From Parachlamydiaceae bacterium (GTDB taxonomy: Bacteria > Chlamydiota > Chlamydiia > Chlamydiales > Parachlamydiaceae): a stretch of 26,235 nt of DNA. Each line of letters begins with the position of its first letter. Position 1 is the first letter of the stretch. Below, piece by piece: positions 1-6,843 of this stretch. The position numbers were made by a program, and so were the translations under genes. The DNA lies in contig PLSG01000414.1 of assembly GCA_003164155.1 (NCBI GenBank), positions 1-26,235 on the forward strand, read 5' to 3'. The notes under the pieces were generated by a model. It was not told where the DNA came from. It searched no databases and worked only from the letters and a program-made list of their open reading frames with translations.

Positions 1-89
1 CAATCACTAAAGCAATCAAGGATGGGGGCAAGTAGTGATTTGGCAGGCTTTTTACTAGACGAAGATCAGAGCTTAGCTTGGGCGTCCTA

Positions 90-670
90 CTAAATAGAAT
101 GACCGCTATACTTCTCTCAAAAGTGCATTTTAATCACAGCGCTAACGCTATGCCCGGATAATTGATCTGCCAGGAGAGCTGAAGATTGCCCCTTCTTTGA
201 TTTGCGTCTTCTCTATCCAAGCCTTTTGTGTAGAGACGGGGGCAGATGTCTTTGTCTTTAGCGTAAGCTAAGTAAACCACCTGCGCGGTGTCAGATGTTT
301 TAGATTGCAATAGGGTGGGCTCTGCGCCCTTATCGTTAAATAGAACACGCTCTAAGTCCAGGCTGACCTATTCTGAGCGCCTGAAAGCCCCAAAGAAAGC
401 CACGGTCAATATGGGCTCCTCTAATTTTGAGCAAGCCTCCTTTAAGTTTAACATGTGGTTCTACATTTCGAGTCGCGGAGCCAAGGTAAATAATTTACTG
501 GATGGATAAGGAGTCTTTGGTAGATTGCGAGTAATCTTCTCTGGATAATTGATGTGGTGCCTTTAACTGATATTAAGCATTTTCCCAACCTTACCAGCTT
601 AGGTAAATTTCACGTAGCACTCCCTAAAGTGGGAAAATATTTCTTTATCCGTAGAGACTTTTGTGATACG
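90..670 (-). pseudogene. Degenerate tyrosine recombinase/integrase (Cre-like INT_Cre_C type)
   Basis: Manual minus-strand translation gives ...PILTVAFFGAFRRSE*VSLDLE...LLQSKTSD...AYAKDKDICP (box I RRSE at 371-391). After one extra base in the G5 run at 238-242 it continues CPVSTQKAWIEKTQIKEGAIF, and after a further shift LSGHSVSAVIK...KYSGHSI* (box II GHS at 96-110). In-frame stops lie at 563-565, 461-463 and 368-370. Ends are approximate. Confidence 0.75.
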
Positions 671-777
671 TTAAAAAAAAATTTCACTTCTGTAAAAATC
701 ATTCATTGGAAGCACAAGCGATGGCCAAAAAGAAGGGCGCGGGAAAAAAACATCCTTCAGTCTCCCAGTCACTACCT

Positions 778-977
778 ATTGACAGGCTCAAATTAATCGC
801 CCACGATCTCTTGGTAACGGTTGAACAAAACAATTCAGTCGATTGGAGTTTGAAGGAAAATGCTTGCGCTCGCACGAAGGTCGCTCTCAAGCGAATTTTA
901 CGAAAGCACATGTGTACACTAGAAGCATTGACAATATACTAGATGCTATCCTCCGGCAAGCTGAAGTCTGTAAATAA
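778..977 (+). pseudogene. hsdR: C-terminal fragment of type I restriction endonuclease R subunit (DUF3387-like tail)
   Basis: LKLIAHDLLVTVEQNNSVDWSLKENACARTKVALKRILRKH, then after a frameshift DAILRQAEVCK*. This follows the HsdR tail pattern (IARELV...IDW..RESARAKMRV.VKRILRKY...VLEQAE). The rest of the gene is absent. Confidence 0.7.
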
Positions 978-1020
978 ATAAGTTTAGTTGATTTCATTAT
1001 ATCACAGGAGGTATGATCCT

Positions 1021-1521
1021 ATGCCTAAAAAAGTGAGGTCCAAGATGGACAAAAGCAAGGCTGTTTCCGTGCTCGATGTCGCAGCATATATTCTAGAGAA
1101 ACAGCCAAAAAACCAGCCAATTACCGCATGGAAGCTACAAAAGTTGGTCTATTACTGTCAAGCATGGTCTCTTGTATGGGATGAGCAAGTTTTGTTCAAA
1201 GAAAAAATTATTGCTTGGGCAAACGGACCGGTTATAAAAGAGCTCTATGAACAACATAGAGGCCAATTTACTGTGGTAAAACTTCAAAATGGAATAGTCG
1301 ATCATCTCACTTCAAATCAAAAAGACACAATCGATCATGTCGTGATGGCATATGGTGAAAAAACTGCGCAATGGCTAAGCGATTTGACTCATATTGAGTT
1401 TCCTTGGATAGAAGCAAGAGAAGCCCTTAGTCCAGGTGAAAGAGGTAAAATTGAAATCAAATTGGCTACCATGCATGAGTACTACAGCAGCATTGGTGTC
1501 GAACATCAAATTAACAGCTAA
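1021..1521 (+). CDS. Panacea/SocA-family (DUF4065) antitoxin
   Basis: Motifs SVLDVAAYIL, KLQKLVYYCQAWSL, LF.EKIIAWANGPVIKELY and THIEFPW.EAR. Start moved from the track's 988 to ATG 1021 because AGGAGGT (1006-1012) lies 8 nt upstream. Confidence 0.9.
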   Translation: MPKKVRSKMDKSKAVSVLDVAAYILEKQPKNQPITAWKLQKLVYYCQAWSLVWDEQVLFKEKIIAWANGPVIKELYEQHRGQFTVVKLQNGIVDHLTSNQKDTIDHVVMAYGEKTAQWLSDLTHIEFPWIEAREALSPGERGKIEIKLATMHEYYSSIGVEHQINS

Positions 1522-1552
1522 AATCATTTAACCTTCTCAACACTTATCACTA

Positions 1553-2002
1553 ATGTCCAAAAAGAACGCTAAGCAGGACTTCAAGATACCTAGGATTGTC
1601 TCAGCTCCATTGGGCGACAAAAAGCCTCGCGTTGCCGTTTTCCCCAACGAACAGTGCTTGCCGGAGTTTAGAGCAGATCAAATGGATATGGATGGTCCAT
1701 GGGGCTGGTCGAGATTTGATGTAATACATTTTCAAGAAATACTAATCAAAATTTTTGAATGCCAAAAAATAACTTGGCAGATTCTTTATCAAAAAAAGTC
1801 TCATCTAGTTGATATTGCTAAACTTATTCCTGAAGCTCAAAAGCGATTACGAATAATAGGTAAAGACGACCTTGATCAGCTCTACTCATTACGAATATCA
1901 GGGAAAAAGCGAATATGGGGCATTAAAGAAGGTAATCTTTTATGGCTTCTATGGTGGGATCCTGAGCACGCTGTTTGCGAAAGTATTGGCGCCAACAATT
2001 AA
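1553..2002 (+). CDS. Putative toxin partner of the Panacea antitoxin (possibly RelE/ParE-like fold)
   Basis: 149 aa, 31 nt downstream of the antitoxin on the same strand. The C-terminus LYSLRISGKKRIWGIKEGNLLWLLWWDPEHAVC has the beta-strand pattern of RelE-like toxins. The CDS is well supported; toxin function is inferred from context. Confidence 0.65.
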   Translation: MSKKNAKQDFKIPRIVSAPLGDKKPRVAVFPNEQCLPEFRADQMDMDGPWGWSRFDVIHFQEILIKIFECQKITWQILYQKKSHLVDIAKLIPEAQKRLRIIGKDDLDQLYSLRISGKKRIWGIKEGNLLWLLWWDPEHAVCESIGANN

Positions 2003-2115
2003 TTGTTTTTTCACGCGATGCTCACCTTTTTTCAGTAATTTGTATTTAAATTTTCAGTCTATTTTTATTTCAGATTGCGATGTACTGGCGGTACATTTAC
2101 TTGCATATTGCACCA

Positions 2116-2303
2116 TCAACGCCCTTGTAATTCATATGCTCGAAATACCATTCTCGCCTGCTTTCATTAAATCCCTACTTAATCTCGCCGATATCGGCTA
2201 GGGAGCTTTCACTCGCCTATCAATCTCTTTGTAATCAATCTCCGTTGGACTCTTTTTTCTTTGTGTGGCTACGGAATAGATCCATTTGCTCAGGGATAGG
2301 GTA
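2116..2303 (-). pseudogene. Frameshifted paralog of the small ORF at 2405-2685
   Basis: Minus strand reads YPIPEQMDLFRSHTKKKESN/IDYKEIDRRVKA/LADIGEIK*GFNESRREWYFEHMNYKGVD, with two frameshifts and a stop. Segment 2116-2227 matches the reverse complement of 2482-2594 at 95/113 positions by hand count. Confidence 0.8.
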
Positions 2304-2404
2304 GGGGATGTTGTATAGCTCTGCGCAGATCTCCTGTACAGTCTACTAGAGAAAAGCGACCGATTGGCGTTTCTGAGGCACTCCGTAAAACTATAGAGCG
2401 CGCT

Positions 2405-2685
2405 TACCCGATCCCACCTACCAAATGGATATGTTTAGAAGTCCTAAGAAGAAAAAGGAGCTCAACTTGATAAATCTTGAGGAGATAGATAGGCGAGTGG
2501 AAGCTGCCCTGGCTGATATCGGCGAGATTAAGCCTCGGTTTGACGAAAACCGGCGGGAATGGTACTTCGAGCACATGAATTACAAGGGTGTTGAGGCTTT
2601 CAGCTAAACAAGTGCCGTGGCATGTGCAAAGAAATATCTGGAACTTCTGAGAGAGCTATTCATTAAAGAGGCCAAGAAAGGATAA
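2405..2685 (+). pseudogene. Small protein remnant, possibly HicB-like fold, interrupted by TAA at 2605-2607
   Basis: Track ORF 2425-2607 continues in frame past TAA as TSAVACAKKYLELLRELFIKEAKKG* to 2685. Homology to the inverted copy extends upstream to YPIP at 2405 across a frameshift. The fold assignment is inference. Confidence 0.6.
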
Positions 2686-2824
2686 GTCGTGCGAAAAGGG
2701 ATCTAACACCCAAAGCAATCTGCATCCAAAATGAGGCGCATTCTAAAATTCATTGCGTTGACCTATGCCACATATATGAAAAATAAATTTATAAACGTAC
2801 CGAGTAACAACAAGGAAATTGAAT

Positions 2825-3409
2825 ATGTTATTATCGTATATCCTGTTTGCTGAATTTTTAGACAATCTATCCAAGGTTGGTGGATTTCTTACTGGTATCG
2901 CTTCTATTTTTGCTTTATACATTGGGAATAAGGCTGTTAAAGATTATTGGCGAATAAAAAGATCTAATGCAGCTTCTGCTGCACTGAGCAAATTTAGGGC
3001 TTGCATTGATGATATTATAGATGTTGTTCAAAGCAAGGATCCTTATAAATACCCTTCTTTTCCCCAAGAAATATCGATTGACAAGGAGGAAAAAGTTCAT
3101 CCAGAAAGACCTGCGCGATTAATTAAAACGAAGATTCAACAACTCAAAACATACCTACATGATCCAATTAGCCAGCTTTCAGGTAAAGAAGGGACATACT
3201 TATTGGAGCTTTTTTCAAAGTTGCAAAGCTATTGTCCACATCTTTCTAGTGTGGTTCATGTCGCAATCCGGGCAGATGAAGGCTGCCCTGCTGCTAAAGA
3301 ACAGCTCAAACCAATAGAACATTATCTTGATGAATATAAAACTGTACTAAAAGGTATAAATGATGAAGCAGAGAATTTTTTGATACCGATCATAGAAACA
3401 AAAAAATAA
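2825..3409 (+). CDS. Hypothetical protein with one N-terminal membrane anchor
   Basis: Long open frame with hydrophobic segment GGFLTGIASIFALYIG followed by a helical soluble region. AAGGA lies upstream of ATG 2825 (the track start at 2819 is TTG). Confidence 0.75.
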   Translation: MLLSYILFAEFLDNLSKVGGFLTGIASIFALYIGNKAVKDYWRIKRSNAASAALSKFRACIDDIIDVVQSKDPYKYPSFPQEISIDKEEKVHPERPARLIKTKIQQLKTYLHDPISQLSGKEGTYLLELFSKLQSYCPHLSSVVHVAIRADEGCPAAKEQLKPIEHYLDEYKTVLKGINDEAENFLIPIIETKK

Positions 3410-3454
3410 ATGTATTCAAAATAGGTGTAAAGATTGACCACTTTACCAAATATT

Positions 3455-3574
3455 TCAATTTGAAAAAAACATAGTGTAATATACGCTTGAATACATTGCA
3501 CCACATCCGCAAAGAGATAAAGAAGCAGAAAACATAGCTAAATAACTGGCAAGGCGAAAAATTTTGCTTCTCAT
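3455..3574 (-). pseudogene. Truncated lipoprotein gene sharing its signal peptide with 4351-5106
   Basis: MRSKIFRLASYLAMFSASLSLCGCGAMYSSVYYTMFFSN* (39 aa). The first 21 residues nearly match MKSRIFRISSYLAMFSASLSL. It has a lipobox-like LCGC and stops just after a T7 run. Confidence 0.75.
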
Positions 3575-3701
3575 AGAAGACCTATTTGTTTAGATGATAA
3601 TCGAAGTAATTTGGTGTTTAATTTTTCATGGTTGATGATTTTAATGCGGACTTTAGTGGTATCAGATCCGGAAGCTAATTTTACAAAATCTGTGTTGACT
3701 G
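3513..3701 (-). repeat. Copy C of the traD 3' end + spacer + lipoprotein 5' end
   Basis: Ungapped direct repeat of 5045-5233, 166/189 identical by hand count. Encodes VNTDFVKLASGSDTTKVRIKIINHEKL, versus TraD VNTAFVKLASGSGITKVRLNIINHDKL. Confidence 0.95.
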
Positions 3702-4145
3702 TATCTGATACCACAGTGATATGAAAAATACCCAAAGAGGGGTGATTAGAAAACCAGCTACAGGAATAAGAAATGTAAGCTGCCAAGAGAAACGTACTTT
3801 TTCATAATGCCCTCTAGAATAATGAAGCCACATCAAAAAAATGCTAATTGACACAGACAGAGGAATCCAGGCAACCAGGAACATATACCATAAGCCAATG
3901 GGTTCAGGCATCTTCGGATTATCAAATATCATTGCAGAACACAGTACAAGATCACGCAAGAAAGGAAAAAGGAGGATATAAGCTATTGTCCAACCGCTGG
4001 CCCGGTAATAAGCTCTTTTTTTCTCTTCTATGATTCCTTTTTCTGTAGGTGTGTGGTTGCTCATCTCAGTGCAAAGACCACCATTTTTGCTCGTGCTTTC
4101 ATCAGTTTTATTCAGTTGCTTCTCAGTCATCGTCATTCTCTTCAT
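3681..4145 (-). CDS. Hypothetical inner-membrane protein with about 3 TM segments
   Basis: 154 aa with hydrophobic stretches GWTIAYILLFPFL, IGLWYMFLVAWIPLSVSISIFLMWL and LTFLIPVAGFLITPLWVFFISLW. Its last codons and stop lie inside repeat copy C. Confidence 0.75.
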   Translation of the reverse strand: MKRMTMTEKQLNKTDESTSKNGGLCTEMSNHTPTEKGIIEEKKRAYYRASGWTIAYILLFPFLRDLVLCSAMIFDNPKMPEPIGLWYMFLVAWIPLSVSISIFLMWLHYSRGHYEKVRFSWQLTFLIPVAGFLITPLWVFFISLWYQIQSTQIL

Positions 4146-4170
4146 TTTTTGTTTATCTTATAAATCATAT

Positions 4171-4283
4171 TGTTTAGAGATCCAATAGCTTAGCTCTGTC
4201 AATTATGGGATAATTTAGAGTTTGACTTTAGCCATACCTAATCCTGAAGGCAGCTTGACAAAGGCTGTATTTACAGGAAGCTA
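4171..4283 (-). repeat. Copy B, a diverged traD 3'-end remnant
   Basis: Minus strand reads LPVNTAFVKLPSGLGMAKVKL*, versus TraD LPVNTAFVKLASGSGITKVRL (16/21 aa). 4224-4283 matches 5181-5240 at 44/60 nt. Weaker similarity continues to TGTTTAGA at 4171. Confidence 0.9.
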
Positions 4284-4292
4284 TATGGATTC

Positions 4293-4337
4293 TGAAAGGT
4301 GCCGTGAAACGGGCCGGGCGAGCCAGGCCCCTTTCAC
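4293..4337. other. GC-rich repeat/hairpin element (possible terminator or protein-binding site)
   Basis: TGAAAGGTGCCG (4293-4304) and TGAAACGGGCCG (4305-4316) in tandem, plus an inverted copy GGCCCCTTTCA (4326-4336). No strong U-tract, so terminator function is uncertain. Confidence 0.45.
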
Positions 4338-4350
4338 AAGGAATCGCCGA

Positions 4351-5106
4351 TCACCACATGATATGCGTTACGCCTTGAGGCTTTGTTTTTTCAACAGGTT
4401 GTGCTGCTGAAGATCCATACTCAAAAGTCTTGCTAAATTCGAGAATATCCTGCTTAAGCTTTTCTACATGCTCTTGTGGAGTATGTTTGTTTCCTGGTAG
4501 GGTCACTTCTTGGTTGCTTAGCAAAATAAGCTTATCCTTGTTTTTGAAAACCAAGTAGCCTCTTGTTGAGGATGGATATTGCCCACATATGCGTAAGACA
4601 GACATTTTTCCAATTGAAACAGCCACAAAAAGCATGTTATCTTCTATCATTTCTTCTTGTAAAATCTCAATATCTTGAGCATTGTCTACGTCTTTGAGAA
4701 TCCCTATGCCAAAATTGGTAAAAGCATCATGGAGATCTTCTCTATCAAAGCGTTTATTTTCTAGAGCAGGCGAAAACAAGATCTCTGCTTTTTTGAAATT
4801 CGCTGTGGAACTGTAAAAAGCTACACAAGCATGGTTTTCAAATAGAGTGTCTTGAGATATATATCTACCTTCACCAAAGTCATCTGCTTGACAGGAGAAG
4901 ACGTTATTTGGAGCATAATAGCGGTGATCTATGATTTTTCCTTGTAGTGGAGGTGGATTCCTATCTAAAGGATGAAAGGTTTCCGAAAGAGGAAGCCTAG
5001 TTCCATATAGCATATCGTGGCTGCATCCACTAAATAGCATTGCCAGGGATAAAGAAGCAGAAAACATAGCTAAATAACTGGAAATGCGAAAAATTCGGCT
5101 TTTCAT
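4351..5106 (-). CDS. Lipoprotein of unknown function, directly downstream of traD
   Basis: 251 aa with basic N-terminus, hydrophobic core and lipobox LFSG|C at residue 28. Starts 26 nt after the traD stop. Confidence 0.85.
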   Translation of the reverse strand: MKSRIFRISSYLAMFSASLSLAMLFSGCSHDMLYGTRLPLSETFHPLDRNPPPLQGKIIDHRYYAPNNVFSCQADDFGEGRYISQDTLFENHACVAFYSSTANFKKAEILFSPALENKRFDREDLHDAFTNFGIGILKDVDNAQDIEILQEEMIEDNMLFVAVSIGKMSVLRICGQYPSSTRGYLVFKNKDKLILLSNQEVTLPGNKHTPQEHVEKLKQDILEFSKTFEYGSSAAQPVEKTKPQGVTHIMW

Positions 5107-5240
5107 AGGAGACCTATCTGTTTAGATGATAATCAAAGTGATTTGTGCTTTAATTTGTCATGGTTGATGATGTTGAGGCGAACTTTAGTGATACCAGATC
5201 CTGATGCTAATTTTACAAAAGCTGTGTTGACTGGAAGCTG
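5045..5240 (-). repeat. Copy A (functional) of the traD 3' end/lipoprotein leader repeat
   Basis: Reference copy for the repeats at 3513-3701 and 4171-4283. Confidence 0.95.
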
Positions 5241-6821
5241 GAGTATTTGCGTGGGTGACACAATGGGCTTGCTTTTTTTCTGCATAGACAGAGATACACC
5301 ATCGCGAGTTTCGTGGGCTCCGTAGGATATCCCCTCTTGTCTTTCGGTAATCTCTCGTTCTCCAAAAGCTCGGGAGATCCTGTCCGCGATAAGAGGATCC
5401 TCTTCCTGGAAAACAATTTTGGTGGCTGTATTGGCCGTGATGACTTGAGAAACTTCACGTCCATAGATTTCATCTAACTGGGCGGGGGTTTGCAATACCA
5501 AGACTCCACAGCCACCATATTTTCTTCCTTCGGTTAACAAGCTTTCCAAATCCTTCACGCGTTGCAGCGTAGGGAGCTCATCGATGATAAACCAGATGCG
5601 TCTATCAAGATTGGGTTTAAGAGCAAGCAATCCTCTTATGGAAGCTGAAATCCAAGCGGCCATAAGGGGGCGCAAAATTGTTCTTTGCTTAGAGACGCTT
5701 TGGATGAACAGCCAGGAGTCATCATCTCTTTCTAACCATTCACGGATAGAAAATGGCGTAGAGGTGTCTTCTAATGCCCTTAGTGAGGATAAAAAGGTGG
5801 AGGATACAGAACGGATTGAACTGGCGGTTTTTTCTGAAGATAGATCCATATGTGCAGCTGCGGGCGTTCCAGCCATGAGCTTACACAAATTGGCCAGGGA
5901 CTCGTATTGTAGCCACTGGACTATATCTGAAGTTTTCCGCGTGTCTGCGAATTTTTCCAACAGCGTAGAAAAAACGGTCTTGCTCGCATCCCTCCAATAG
6001 CTGTCGTGATCGCTGTTGCTATGAGGGATAAAGGACTCGGCAATATCGGCATAATCAAAAGGGGTGTCTCCTTCTGCCCAAGGATTCCATTGGGCGGATC
6101 GCTTGTCAAACGGATTGAGTATGATGTCTTTATCTGGGCGATAATATTTTTCTACAAATATGCCGCAGGTATCTATGATGATTGTTTTTTGCTTCTGATC
6201 GCGGATTTGCACAAGCAAGTGGTGCAAGCAGTTCGTCTTTCCGCTACCTGTTCCGCCTGTGACCATCATATGGCGGGTTTCTGTGCCTTTCACTAAAGGC
6301 AAGGTTCCAATGAGAAAATTGGATGCTTTCTTAGTAAATTTTAAGCGCCATGCGAGCCATCTCGGAGATGAGATTTTCAAGCCAGATATGTGTTTTTCTG
6401 TTTTTGCAGAAGTGCCCTTTAATAGGAAAAAGGCAAGAATGGCTACAAAACATACGCTTGAGGCGATGATTGACTTCAATGCGTTTGAGTAGGCTTCATA
6501 CGCAAGCTTAATAACTATGGGCTGAGTTAGCTTTTTCACGTACTCTAGGGGAAGTTTTGGGCTATAGCTGTAATTTGCTTTGGAGATCTGAGACAGAAAT
6601 TTTCCATCCACTTCGAGATCCGTGAATGCCCCTGCATAGAACCAAGCTTTAAGATAATACCAAGTAGCTGAATAGGCTACTCTAGGAACACGGGTCATGA
6701 AATAGGTAAACGTACCCAGTCCGAAAAGGAGAGAGCAAAAAATAGCTACTCTAAGCACTTGTCGCAGCATGCGCAAACGATGCGAAATTATTTGTCCGCC
6801 TTCAGTTAATGTGTGTGTCAC
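5133..6821 (-). CDS. traD: Type IV coupling protein TraD
   Basis: Two N-terminal TM segments, Walker A GGTGSGKT, Walker B WFIIDELPTL, and LLTEGRKYGGC..L.LQ. GTG start with AGGAG upstream. Confidence 0.95.
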   Translation of the reverse strand: MTHTLTEGGQIISHRLRMLRQVLRVAIFCSLLFGLGTFTYFMTRVPRVAYSATWYYLKAWFYAGAFTDLEVDGKFLSQISKANYSYSPKLPLEYVKKLTQPIVIKLAYEAYSNALKSIIASSVCFVAILAFFLLKGTSAKTEKHISGLKISSPRWLAWRLKFTKKASNFLIGTLPLVKGTETRHMMVTGGTGSGKTNCLHHLLVQIRDQKQKTIIIDTCGIFVEKYYRPDKDIILNPFDKRSAQWNPWAEGDTPFDYADIAESFIPHSNSDHDSYWRDASKTVFSTLLEKFADTRKTSDIVQWLQYESLANLCKLMAGTPAAAHMDLSSEKTASSIRSVSSTFLSSLRALEDTSTPFSIREWLERDDDSWLFIQSVSKQRTILRPLMAAWISASIRGLLALKPNLDRRIWFIIDELPTLQRVKDLESLLTEGRKYGGCGVLVLQTPAQLDEIYGREVSQVITANTATKIVFQEEDPLIADRISRAFGEREITERQEGISYGAHETRDGVSLSMQKKSKPIVSPTQILQLPVNTAFVKLASGSGITKVRLNIINHDKLKHKSL

Positions 6822-6843
6822 TTTTATCTCCTAAGATGATTTC

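Noticed and set aside
288-911. Track ORFs 288-509, 554-796 and 699-911
   Set aside because: They are antisense or off-frame to the integrase and hsdR remnants and have no recognisable protein features.
1872-2201. 109-aa + strand ORF overlapping the toxin 3' end
   Set aside because: It overlaps the toxin out of frame and is antisense to the 2116-2303 pseudogene, with no supporting features.
3322-3504. 60-aa minus ORF as a frameshifted continuation of the truncated lipoprotein (phase variation at the T7 run)
   Set aside because: Most of it is antisense to the 2825-3409 gene and it does not give a plausible mature lipoprotein. Truncation is the simpler explanation.
3513-5240. Interpretation of the repeats as a CRISPR array, integron attC array or shufflon
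   Set aside because: The repeats are long coding fragments with irregular spacing. There are no attC core sites, no inverted sfx-type sites and no cas, intI or rci gene.
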